NCBI GenBank assembly: GCA_964601305.1
Contig: CAZRMW010000001.1
Span: forward strand, 135,450-199,449
Source: an uncultured Candidatus Saccharibacteria bacterium
GTDB taxonomy: Bacteria; Patescibacteriota; Minisyncoccia; JAHISW01; Tagabacteraceae
Direction of reading: 5' to 3'
Length of the DNA stretch: 64,000 nucleotides
In this document: positions 51,155-60,053 of the stretch, piece after piece
How positions within the stretch are numbered: position 1 is the first letter of the stretch
How the letters are laid out: every line of letters begins with the position of its first letter
Notes under the pieces: generated by a model
Databases searched by the model: none
What the model was told of the DNA's origin: nothing
Seen by the model: the letters and a program-made list of their open reading frames with translations, nothing else
Program-made: the position numbers and the translations under genes

Positions 51155-51210
51155 CCTTTTGTTTTTGTTAAGGTTCATCCGCCTTCGGCGGGTTCTTGCT
51201 TATTTTCAGC

Positions 51211-52200
51211 CTACATTTCCTGCACCTCCACGTCAACCCTTTTCCACTCTCCCCACTCGCCTTTTTTGAGCAAGCCATTTGTAGCTCCCATTTCTTGAAG
51301 TACAGATGTAGCATTAGCCGTGCCCAGCTGAATTGCATGAGAGATATCTCCAGTATCTATATAGCCCGCAGTAAACGCAGAGCCAAACGCATCGCCCGCG
51401 CCAGTTCTCTCTACCATATCCGACTCTGGTATTCCAGCAGAATAAAGTTTTTCACCGTCCGACACTACCACCCCATCAGGGCCTTTTGTCATTACAACAA
51501 TTCCACCCGCCATCTGCCCCAATTTCTCAAAAATTTCTTTTTCATTTTTATAATCTACTCCCGTTAACTTCGCGCACTCTTCTTGGTTTAATATTAAAAT
51601 ATCTATTTTATCTAAATTTTCTTTAAGGATTTGCATATGTTCGTCTGTTTTTAGACTGCCAGCAGGATTTGAAGATACTTTTATCCCCTCGCTCCTAGCA
51701 TGCTCTAAGATAGCCGGAAGCATATCGTGACTATTTCCAGAAAGAGATCCTAAATAAAACCAATCTGCTTTCAAATCTCCAAAAGGAAGATCTTTTTCTA
51801 CAAGCTCGTGGCAAGCTCCGTATTTTTCTAAAATACTTCTCCCCACTTCTGGCAAAGAAAGTACCACTGAAAATGCTGTGTTGTACTCTTCTGACTCCCT
51901 AAGTAAATCTAAAGACACACCGTGCTTTGTTAATTCGTTTTTCACAGATTCTCCAAACGGATCTGTACCAACACCGCCAAAATACGCCGTTTTTAAGCCT
52001 TGCTCTGCAAGAGTGCAAGCAGTATTTGTGCCAACACCCCCCATTGCAAAAAGAACACTGTCCATTTTCATTTTAGAACCCAAAGAAATACACAGGCCTT
52101 TGTGTGTATCAAATTTTTCATTTTCTATCTCAGTAAAATTTTTACTACTCATAAAAACATCTTGAGTAGCGGAACCAAAAGTAATTATATCAAACTTCAT
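51211..52200 (-). CDS. PfkB family carbohydrate kinase
   Basis: GGVGTN, NQEE, TKGPDG, RTGAGDAFG. Confidence 0.9.
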   Translation of the reverse strand: MKFDIITFGSATQDVFMSSKNFTEIENEKFDTHKGLCISLGSKMKMDSVLFAMGGVGTNTACTLAEQGLKTAYFGGVGTDPFGESVKNELTKHGVSLDLLRESEEYNTAFSVVLSLPEVGRSILEKYGACHELVEKDLPFGDLKADWFYLGSLSGNSHDMLPAILEHARSEGIKVSSNPAGSLKTDEHMQILKENLDKIDILILNQEECAKLTGVDYKNEKEIFEKLGQMAGGIVVMTKGPDGVVVSDGEKLYSAGIPESDMVERTGAGDAFGSAFTAGYIDTGDISHAIQLGTANATSVLQEMGATNGLLKKGEWGEWKRVDVEVQEM

Positions 52201-52202
52201 TT

Positions 52203-53198
52203 TTAATCTTTTCTTTTTAAAACTTTTCTAATCGCTTCTTTTATGCTTTCCACACCCATTCCAAATTTTTCTATAAGCTCTTCCGGCTCTCCAGACTCTC
52301 CAAACCTATCTTGTACACCTACAAATTCCATCGGTACCGGGCAATTTTTTGCCAAAACTTCTGCCACCGCACTTCCAAGCCCTCCATTTATTTGATGCTC
52401 CTCCACAGAAACAACGGTCCCAGATCTTTTAGCACTCTCACAAATTGTTTTTTCATCTATCGGTTTTATAGTGTGATTGTTTATTACCTCTACTCCTATT
52501 CCCTCTTCTTCCAATTCTTTTGCTGCCAAAAGTGCTTTATATACCAAGGGTCCACACGCTATTACAGAAACTTTTGGAGATTTTTTGCTAGTATAAAAAA
52601 CTTCAGCTTTGCCTATTTCAAAAGGAGTATCTTCTGTTGTAAAAACCGGTGTCTTTTCTCTCGCAAATCTTAAATATGCTGGCCCTTTAGCTTTTGCCAG
52701 AGCCAAAGTAGCCTTTTTGGTTTCTATGCTGTCGCAAGGCACAACTACAGTCATATTTGGAATCACTCTTGTAATAGCTATATCTTCTACGGCTTGATGT
52801 GTAGCACCGTCTGGCCCCACAGAAACACCTGCATGCGCTCCAACAATTTTTACATTTGAATCGTTATAACAAATCGTTGTCCTAATTTGCTCCCAATTTC
52901 TTCCCGGAGAAAACATGGCATACGAAGCCAAAAAAGGAATCTTTCCTTCAGCCGCCATACCAGAAGCAACGCTAGCCATACTCTGTTCACCTATCCCCAT
53001 TTGTACAAATCTTTCTGGAAATTTATCAGAAAAAACTTGAGTACGTGTAGACCCAGAAAGGTCTGCACAAAGCGCCACAACATTTTCGTTTTCCTCACCC
53101 GCTTGAACCAGCCCCTCCCCATATCCATTTCTAGTGGGAATTTGTTCTATCTCCTCGCTAAATATTTTTTCTGATAGTTTTAAATTTTTATTTAACAT
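52203..53198 (-). CDS. Transketolase, C-terminal subunit
   Basis: GIGEQ, GPDGATHQ, EEH...GGLG. Confidence 0.92.
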   Translation of the reverse strand: MLNKNLKLSEKIFSEEIEQIPTRNGYGEGLVQAGEENENVVALCADLSGSTRTQVFSDKFPERFVQMGIGEQSMASVASGMAAEGKIPFLASYAMFSPGRNWEQIRTTICYNDSNVKIVGAHAGVSVGPDGATHQAVEDIAITRVIPNMTVVVPCDSIETKKATLALAKAKGPAYLRFAREKTPVFTTEDTPFEIGKAEVFYTSKKSPKVSVIACGPLVYKALLAAKELEEEGIGVEVINNHTIKPIDEKTICESAKRSGTVVSVEEHQINGGLGSAVAEVLAKNCPVPMEFVGVQDRFGESGEPEELIEKFGMGVESIKEAIRKVLKRKD

Positions 53199-53322
53199 AA
53201 AAATAATTTTAAATTTTAAGTTTTAAGTTTTAATTGAATTTTAAATAAGTAAATATTTTAAAAATTAAATAATTTAGATTTGATTTAAAATTTAAAATTT
53301 GTTATTTAAAATTTTATTAATA

Positions 53323-54210
53323 CTAATCCACTTCACTAACAATTTTTCCATCTAGCGACCTCAGTTGTCTCAATGCTCTCTCTGCCTCTTCTGGTTTAGG
53401 TGGCTTACCATGCCACGAAAACTCTCTTTCCATAAAATCCACACCTTTGCCAGGAATTGTATTTGCAATTATTATAGATGGCTTATTAAAAATCGTCTTA
53501 CACTTTTCTACAGAATCCACAATTTCTTCAAAATTATGCCCGTTTATTTCTTCCACATGCCAACCAAAATCCTCAAACTTATCTTTTAGTGGCTCAAGAG
53601 GCATCACGTCTTCTGTAAAGCCATCTATTTGAATGTTGTTTCTATCTATAATTCCAATAATATTATAAAGTTTTTCTTTGCCTGCCATCATTGTAGCTTC
53701 CCAAATTTGCCCGCAATCAAGCTCTCCGTCGCCAAGCAAGCAATAAATCCAACTTGGATTGTCCGCCCTTTCCCCTTCTTTTTCTTTATCTATCCCCATT
53801 CTCATGGCAAGCGACATTCCAATAGCTTGTGAAAGACCAGAGCCAAGAGGCCCAGAGCTAGTTTCAAGGCCTGGAAGCACAGTTCTGTGCGGATGCCCCT
53901 GAAGCCTTGTGCCAAGCTTTCGCAAAGTTTTTAGCTCTTCAAGTGGCAAATATCCAGCATGAGCCATAGCAGTATATTGCACAGGGCAAATATGCCCATT
54001 TGAAAGTATGAGTCTGTCTCTTTCTTCCCAATCTGGCTTTTGTGGATCGTGTTTTAAAATATGAAAATAAAGTGCTGTAAAAATATCTGCCATACCAAGT
54101 GGCCCAGCAGAATGCCCAGACTTAGCCTCAAGAAGCATTTCTATTACATCTTGGCGAATTTCGTTCGCTTTTTCTTCTAAAAATTTTGTTTTTTTATCGT
54201 CTAAAGACAT
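53323..54210 (-). CDS. Transketolase, N-terminal subunit
   Basis: SGH, LQGHP, GPLGSG, GDGE...N ThDP motif. Confidence 0.92.
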   Translation of the reverse strand: MSLDDKKTKFLEEKANEIRQDVIEMLLEAKSGHSAGPLGMADIFTALYFHILKHDPQKPDWEERDRLILSNGHICPVQYTAMAHAGYLPLEELKTLRKLGTRLQGHPHRTVLPGLETSSGPLGSGLSQAIGMSLAMRMGIDKEKEGERADNPSWIYCLLGDGELDCGQIWEATMMAGKEKLYNIIGIIDRNNIQIDGFTEDVMPLEPLKDKFEDFGWHVEEINGHNFEEIVDSVEKCKTIFNKPSIIIANTIPGKGVDFMEREFSWHGKPPKPEEAERALRQLRSLDGKIVSEVD

Positions 54211-54836
54211 TTTAACTCCTCTATTTTTTGTTTAATATTATCACTTTCGAATATGTGGCTTGCCGCGCTTACTATATCTGCCCCTGCTTCTTTACATTTC
54301 TCTGCCACTTCTTTGTTTATTCCACCATCAACCTCAATTATAGCATCTGGACAATTTTTTCGTAAGTGCTCTATTTTTTCTAAACTTTCTTCTACAAATT
54401 TTTGCCCAGAAGGTCCAGGATAAACCGCCAAAATCTGAAACAAGTCTACCTTTTCATAAAACTGCGCAAGCTGTGTCCACGGTGTATCTGGCCCTATAGA
54501 AATTCCCACTTCTTTATCGGCTTCTTTGCATTTTTTGATTATAAAATGCGGATCTTTTACAGATTCCAATTGAAAAATTATTCTTTTTATTGGCGCTATT
54601 AGCCAATCTTCTATTCTCCTTTCTAAATTATCTATCATTAAATGAACTTCGATATTTAGCGAAGTTTCTACAGAAAGAAGGTCGCTGGCATTGTGCCATT
54701 TTACAACACTATTAAAAGTGCCATCTGAAATATCTATTTGTACAAAATCTACAAGATGCTTAAACGGCTCAATGGCTTTGAGCCGTTTTTTTACTTCCTC
54801 AAAATCTTCTACATTTATAATTGGAATAACTTGCAT
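54201..54836 (-). CDS. rpe: Ribulose-phosphate 3-epimerase
   Basis: DISDG, EVHLM, PGPSGQ, EVDGGIN. Confidence 0.88.
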   Translation of the reverse strand: MQVIPIINVEDFEEVKKRLKAIEPFKHLVDFVQIDISDGTFNSVVKWHNASDLLSVETSLNIEVHLMIDNLERRIEDWLIAPIKRIIFQLESVKDPHFIIKKCKEADKEVGISIGPDTPWTQLAQFYEKVDLFQILAVYPGPSGQKFVEESLEKIEHLRKNCPDAIIEVDGGINKEVAEKCKEAGADIVSAASHIFESDNIKQKIEELKCL

Positions 54837-54852
54837 TAGGATAATTATATCA

Positions 54853-54890
54853 AAAATCCCCCCGAAGTACATCGGGGGGATTTGTTTTTT
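54853..54890. terminator. Bidirectional hairpin terminator
   Basis: AAATCCCCCCGA...TCGGGGGATTT. Confidence 0.6.
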
Positions 54891-54892
54891 AT

Positions 54893-55375
54893 TTATTCTC
54901 TCAAAAAAGGATGAGTATAAATTGCAACAATTTTTCTATCACCATTATATTGGAAATGATGAATTTTGGGAACACCACTAGGCGACCTAGTGCTTATAGC
55001 TTGTTGACCATATAAATAAAAACCAACATGTTTGTGCATTTTCCCATCACTCTTTTTTTGAGCCTCCCAAACAAGAATAACACCTGGTTTTAAAAGTTTT
55101 AAATTATTTGTAAATTTCCAACCACACTTCTCTAGTTCCTTCATGAGAGTATCAATATTTGCAGTAGGTGTCTCTATAAGATTAAATCTACTCAAAGTAT
55201 TGGATACAAAAACTGCACAACTAAACATACCTCTTTGACAGACATCCAAGATTTCTCCGTTTTCATTCTTAACAAAACAGTGCAAAAAAAGATCACTATT
55301 TTCGCTGTATCTTATTGTAGTAAGATAATTTTCTTTCAAAACAAAAGTATATTGTGGTTTTTTTATTTTACTCAA
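54893..55375 (-). CDS. Hypothetical protein, NlpC/P60/CHAP-like Cys-His fold possible
   Basis: SCAVFVS, PGVILVW, HKHVGFY. Confidence 0.55.
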   Translation of the reverse strand: MSKIKKPQYTFVLKENYLTTIRYSENSDLFLHCFVKNENGEILDVCQRGMFSCAVFVSNTLSRFNLIETPTANIDTLMKELEKCGWKFTNNLKLLKPGVILVWEAQKKSDGKMHKHVGFYLYGQQAISTRSPSGVPKIHHFQYNGDRKIVAIYTHPFLRE

Positions 55376-55518
55376 TTTTTCCTCCTTTATCGTTTTGTTT
55401 TCAAACCTAAATCTAAACCAAAAATAGCACGCTTGGTACTATTTGTCTATAAAAACCGAAAACCGACATCGCCACGCCCGCCGCGCTTCGCTGGCGATAC
55501 GGGCAGGTAAGTCGGTTA

Positions 55519-55779
55519 TTAAGAATAAAGATTGCTATGAGTATCTATATCAACAAATTCAACTGAATCTCTGTCTAATATACTATAAATCGCCCGGAAA
55601 TCACCGGTAATGTTAATGCTTCTAAATATTTTAAATTTTCCACAAAGAGGATGGTTATTTAAAAAAGGATCGAAGGGATTTATTTCAAATAGTTTAAGTT
55701 TTTCATCAAATTTTCTCCGCTCTCGCAAGCGAAGTTTTTTGTACTTCTTTTTAAAAGATTTATGAAAATTTATATTCAT
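55519..55779 (-). CDS. RelE/YafQ-family mRNA interferase toxin
   Basis: LNNHPL, SINITGDFRAIY, THSNLY. Confidence 0.85.
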   Translation of the reverse strand: MNINFHKSFKKKYKKLRLRERRKFDEKLKLFEINPFDPFLNNHPLCGKFKIFRSINITGDFRAIYSILDRDSVEFVDIDTHSNLYS

Positions 55780-55789
55780 TATTTATGAA

Positions 55790-56062
55790 TTATGAATGCA
55801 GATATGCAATAGCTTCTTTTGCACTCTTAAAAGGACCGTCGACATTCTTATTGTTTTCCATATCTAGCAATATCCGATCTAAAAGTTTTTGAGTTTTATT
55901 ATTTGGTTTGGGGTGAGTAGAAAAAACAACTCGTTGTTCTTGAACGAATTCTCTTAGATATGAGTTTATAATAGTTCCCAACGGGAGCCTTAGCTCTTTT
56001 GCAATTTTTTGAGCTTCTTCTTTAAGACTCTTGTCTGTTTTTATGTTTATAACTGTTTGCAT
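55790..56062 (-). CDS. RelB/DinJ-family antitoxin
   Basis: INIKTD...LPLGTIIN.YL, GPF; directly upstream of the toxin. Confidence 0.82.
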   Translation of the reverse strand: MQTVINIKTDKSLKEEAQKIAKELRLPLGTIINSYLREFVQEQRVVFSTHPKPNNKTQKLLDRILLDMENNKNVDGPFKSAKEAIAYLHS

Positions 56063-56134
56063 AATAACCTCAGTATATACCTAGGTTAAGTTTTGTCAAC
56101 ACGTACCATAAAAACCGACATCGTAAGTCGGTTG

Positions 56135-56395
56135 TTAAGAATAAAGATCGCTGTGAGAGCCAATATCAATAAATCTTACAATGTTGAAATCAATTTTGGT
56201 ATAAATAGCCCTTATATCACCAGTGATATTTATGCTTCTAAACTCAGACCACTTACCAGAAAGTGAATGATTTTTAAGTCGAGTGTCCATTGGGTCAATT
56301 AAAAATATTTCTAGCTGTCTAATTGTTTTATTTTTAATTTTTTGAGAAAATTTAGAAAAACTTTTCTCAAACTGTTTTGATAGTATATACTGCAT
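56135..56395 (-). CDS. RelE/YafQ-family toxin (second pair)
   Basis: LKNHSL, SINITGDIRAIY, GSHSDLY. Confidence 0.85.
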   Translation of the reverse strand: MQYILSKQFEKSFSKFSQKIKNKTIRQLEIFLIDPMDTRLKNHSLSGKWSEFRSINITGDIRAIYTKIDFNIVRFIDIGSHSDLYS

Positions 56396-56398
56396 ACT

Positions 56399-56677
56399 CT
56401 AAAACTTAGATAAATGTTCCAAAAGCTGCTTACCCGAAATTGGCCCGGTTGATTCTCCTCTTATATATTCTTTTTCGGCTTCTTTTATAATACTTTGGAG
56501 ATATGGAGTGGGAACAGAGTTATTTGAAGACAAAGTTATTTCTTTATCTCTCACAAATTGCTTAAGAAAAGCATTTATAGCAGTTCCCAAAGGAATACCT
56601 ATTTCCTTTGCGGTTTGTTGAGCTGCTCCCTTTAAACTTTTTTCAGTTTTTATGTTTAATATAGTTTTAGTATTCAT
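56399..56677 (-). CDS. RelB/DinJ-family antitoxin (second pair)
   Basis: LNIKTE...IPLGTAINAFL; TTGACA...TATACT promoter only 7 nt before the ATG (probably leaderless). Confidence 0.82.
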   Translation of the reverse strand: MNTKTILNIKTEKSLKGAAQQTAKEIGIPLGTAINAFLKQFVRDKEITLSSNNSVPTPYLQSIIKEAEKEYIRGESTGPISGKQLLEHLSKF

Positions 56678-57067
56678 ATACCTTAGTATATACAACGGTA
56701 TATTTTTGTCAACACACGCTAAAAACAAAAATAGCACACATAACGCTGTTTTGTCTATATTAGGTACGAACACCCTAAATCCAGGGGGGTTTTGGTAGAA
56801 TAGAAGAAAAAACGGCTTAACAAGGCACTTAATTTATGACAAATACAAAAGGTTCAACAAAACCCTAATTTTAAAAACATACCTTTTTAAATTGAGTATT
56901 TAAAGATTTAACCTGAAACATCAAAAATGCCATCTGCTTACGATCGTATGAGAATGGCGAAATTTAAAAATTGTAAAAAATTAAACTCTCCAGTTTAAAT
57001 CGAGATTTTTGTTGCCAAAAGTATGTATTTTAGGTATATTATATACGAGTCGAAGGAGTCTTTTTAA

Positions 57068-57141
57068 GTCGGGGTAGCTCAGTTGGTTAGAGCACAGCAC
57101 TCATAAAGCTGAGGTCGTGAGTTCGAATCTCACCCTCGACA
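57068..57141 (+). tRNA. tRNA with CAT anticodon (elongator Met or Ile2)
   Basis: Cloverleaf, G1-C72 pair (not initiator), CTCATAA loop, GTTCGAATC. Confidence 0.9.
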
Positions 57142-57165
57142 CACGGCAAAAAATAAAATAAATTT

Positions 57166-57239
57166 GCGGGTGTAGCTTAGTGGTTTAAAGCGCTGCCCTG
57201 TCACGGCAGAGACCGTGGGTTCAAATCCCATCACTCGCG
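57166..57239 (+). tRNA. tRNA-Asp(GTC)
   Basis: CTGCC-CTGTCAC-GGCAG, GGTTCAAATCC. Confidence 0.93.
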
Positions 57240-57291
57240 CATAGCCAAAAATAGTCATCTTTTGATGGTTTATTTTTGTGCTTGGATGTTC

Positions 57292-57320
57292 TTGACACAG
57301 TGTGTTTAACGTGCTATTAT
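57292..57320 (+). promoter_or_regulatory. Sigma70-type promoter
   Basis: TTGACA-N17-TATTAT. Confidence 0.55.
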
Positions 57321-57451
57321 CAAATCAGTTTGAAATCCTAGTTTTCACGACAGCAAGATGTAAATAATTACTTGTTCATATCTTGCTGTCGTGATGATAG
57401 CGAGTGAAATAATTTTTCTTTGAGATGTGATATCTCAGAAAGGAGTAGAAA

Positions 57452-57829
57452 ATGTCCAAAAAGAGTTTGGTGGCTAAGGATTTAGCAGTAGTAGAAGTAA
57501 TTTCACACTTCTGTCGTCGGTTTAATTTCAGATTTTTTAATCGTGGAGGAATGGATATCAGGTATGCAGATGGAAAAAATCCAAGTCTGGCTATGGCAAT
57601 CGTGAAATTTTTATTGGTTACTAAAGATTCCGTTTCTCCAATAAAATGCAAGGTTGTTGTCACTTTGACCGAGTTAGAGGGAGTTTGGGAAGCCCTCGGT
57701 ATATTTCAAGTTAATATGAAAGAGGTTGGGGTGCCCCAAAGCAAATTTTCCAAACTCAATTCGTTTTCGGTTCGCTTTGACGACGACGGCGAGGATACTG
57801 AACACCGTTACGTCTTTACCCAAAGATAA
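57452..57829 (+). CDS. Hypothetical protein
   Basis: AAGGAG SD, upstream promoter, downstream hairpin AAAACCTGCC...GGCAGGTTTT. Confidence 0.6.
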   Translation: MSKKSLVAKDLAVVEVISHFCRRFNFRFFNRGGMDIRYADGKNPSLAMAIVKFLLVTKDSVSPIKCKVVVTLTELEGVWEALGIFQVNMKEVGVPQSKFSKLNSFSVRFDDDGEDTEHRYVFTQR

Positions 57830-58107
57830 AAAACCTGCCAGCGAGGAAGACTTGCTTCGGCAGGTTTTCCTTTTTTGAAAGTAATTAAACTATTTTTGCC
57901 TCCTCTAAACTCAGTTTTGGTATAAAAAATCTTTCGTTGCTTTGCTCAAAAAAAGTTCTAACGTCATTCACCAGTCCGCGCATAGCCAAGAAAAGGCCCA
58001 ATTTTAATTGGGTTTTTTCTTGTGCTTGGATACAACAACTTGTTTTTGAGCATAAAAAAATATATAATTTTTTTAGAACAATATTAAAACAACATTGGGA
58101 GGGAAAA

Positions 58108-58350
58108 ATGTCAGAAGATGAAAAAGAGTTTAAGGTTTCAGTTTATCTTGATGATGGAAGAATTTTTTTCTACCACGTTCCTACAGCAAATAAAGCCAGG
58201 GAACATTCGGCTGCAATAGTGAAAGGTGGCTACAGACACAATGATGGAAAGGGTGAATTTGAACATTATCCTTCACATAGGATTCTTAAGGTAAAAGTTT
58301 CTGGTAACATAGTACCTACTAATTATCTAGACGGAGTAGAGGGAACTTAA
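58108..58350 (+). CDS. Small hypothetical protein
   Basis: GGGAGG SD before MSEDEKEF. Confidence 0.55.
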   Translation: MSEDEKEFKVSVYLDDGRIFFYHVPTANKAREHSAAIVKGGYRHNDGKGEFEHYPSHRILKVKVSGNIVPTNYLDGVEGT

Positions 58351-58577
58351 TTATATCTCCTCCTTTCTTAAGCCATCTTGTTTACAAGGTGGCATTTGTT
58401 TTTCGCAACCTCAGTTCTAACGTCCCCCACGAGGGTGCGCATCGAAAATAAGCCTTATTTTACAAGGCTTATTTTTGTCGGTTGATGAAAGTTAGAACTG
58501 AAATTGAAAAAAAGATATAATATGCTATCCTCTTAGAAAAATAGCAAACGTTGAAATCTAAAAAAAGGACGAATAAA

Positions 58578-58910
58578 ATGAATGTTTATCGAGAAAACCG
58601 AGGAAAAGAAGTAAGAGAAAAAATAAGGATAATTTTAAATAAACACGGACATTCGTATAAAAGAGAAGATGAGACAAGACATTCATGGAATGAAAAGTCT
58701 GGAAAAGAAGTCTGTTTTAATTGTGAAGGAAAGAGATTAATCATTGATTCGGGCTGGAGTTCTACAGAAGGAAAATCAGGCGGAGGAGGATGTCGGCATT
58801 ATGAGATGGTTGAGTTTAATGGAGAAATTGTTTTTTTCTACAACGAAAAAGTTGTTGATTTCAAGCCAGGAAAGTGGTTGGAGGAATTAGATAAAATTTG
58901 CGAAAAATAA
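58578..58910 (+). CDS. Hypothetical protein
   Basis: AAGGA SD before MNVYRE; terminator-like AAAAGCGG...CCGCTTTT downstream. Confidence 0.55.
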   Translation: MNVYRENRGKEVREKIRIILNKHGHSYKREDETRHSWNEKSGKEVCFNCEGKRLIIDSGWSSTEGKSGGGGCRHYEMVEFNGEIVFFYNEKVVDFKPGKWLEELDKICEK

Positions 58911-59066
58911 ATAGCTTCAATTTAAAAGCGGTGCGATAATATCAATCCGCTTTTTTTGTTTCTGCCGCGATCCGAGGGGGTTAAAAAGAAAAAGAGCTTC
59001 CACGAAAAAAAATTTTCCGCGAAAGCTCAAGTTATCAAAAGGTTCAAAACCTCAAGACTTCAAGGT

Positions 59067-59834
59067 TCAGTTGAACTTCCGAGAGGACGAGACACCCAAG
59101 CGGCCGCCGCGAGCGTCATCCCAGTCGTTGCTGAAGCCGAGCCCGTCCGAGCCAAAGCCACCAACGCCGACACGGCCATCGCCAGAGAACAAATCCGAGC
59201 AACGGGCATAGATGTGTTCAAACAGTCGTTCGCCCGTGTTCAGATAATGCCCGATAATTGTATAGTCCATAACACGAGCGGTTGGGGTCTCTTCGTTGTC
59301 GCCGAGCAGGGCTTGCTGTTCACCCCAGTTCTTGCTGGTGGAGTTCGGCACGATGGTCTTGCGAACCAAGTGCGAACCAACTTCGCCTTTGTCATTGGCG
59401 AATTTCTCGTTGGCATACCAGCCTTCCGTTTCGGAGTAGAAAAGTTTTTTGTTTGCTTTTCTGACATCTAGAATGGAGAGGGGAAATACGGCAACCAAGA
59501 CGTGTGTGTCTTTGGTTTCCCGAAGCTCCTGCTCACTGAACGGGATGACCGACAGGGTGGCAAGCTGGGCTCTGGTCGGTTTGACCTTGAAGTGCTGAAT
59601 GGCTTCCTGCACGCCGAAGACGGGAATACCGATTGCCCGTGCCATTTTCTCGTCGGTTGTGGGTTCATAGTCGCCTGACCGCCAGAACTTGACCAGTCTT
59701 GCCCGCATTTGCGGGTCATCAATTGGGCTCTGAAAATCCTCGTAAGTCAGCCCTGCTTCCATCAGGCGACGCAAGCACTCGCTTGTGCGTGCAATCACTT
59801 TTTCTGGTGCAGGGTTCGCAATGTATTGAGACAT
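59067..59834 (-). CDS. GC-rich hypothetical protein with a C-terminal DGR variable-region-like (CLec-type) segment
   Basis: C-terminus RVGVGGFGSDGLGFSNDWDDARGGRLGVSSSRKF, A-depleted, with hairpin downstream. Confidence 0.65.
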   Translation of the reverse strand: MSQYIANPAPEKVIARTSECLRRLMEAGLTYEDFQSPIDDPQMRARLVKFWRSGDYEPTTDEKMARAIGIPVFGVQEAIQHFKVKPTRAQLATLSVIPFSEQELRETKDTHVLVAVFPLSILDVRKANKKLFYSETEGWYANEKFANDKGEVGSHLVRKTIVPNSTSKNWGEQQALLGDNEETPTARVMDYTIIGHYLNTGERLFEHIYARCSDLFSGDGRVGVGGFGSDGLGFSNDWDDARGGRLGVSSSRKFN

Positions 59835-60053
59835 CGCACACCTCCTATTTTGTATTACCCAAAACGCTTGGGTTTACGACTTGTCTCTAAGTTGAGACGA
59901 GTGTTTCAGAAACTGCTTATTTAGCGTCCAAAACACTCATCTCAACAAACTGAACCATTTTCAAAGAACACCTCAATTATATCATTCTGTCAAATTTTGT
60001 CAAACTAAATTCAAGTTGCGCAAATCAAAAAAGCCTCACAATCGCAAGGCGTT

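Noticed and set aside
53199-53322. Extremely AT-rich quasi-palindromic spacer between the transketolase halves
   Set aside because: Low complexity (TTTTAAA runs) with no DnaA boxes or ORF; cannot support an origin or element call
58956-59924. Several overlapping ORFs in other frames
   Set aside because: Expected by-products of high GC; only 59067-59834 has an SD (AGGAGG) and a protein-like sequence
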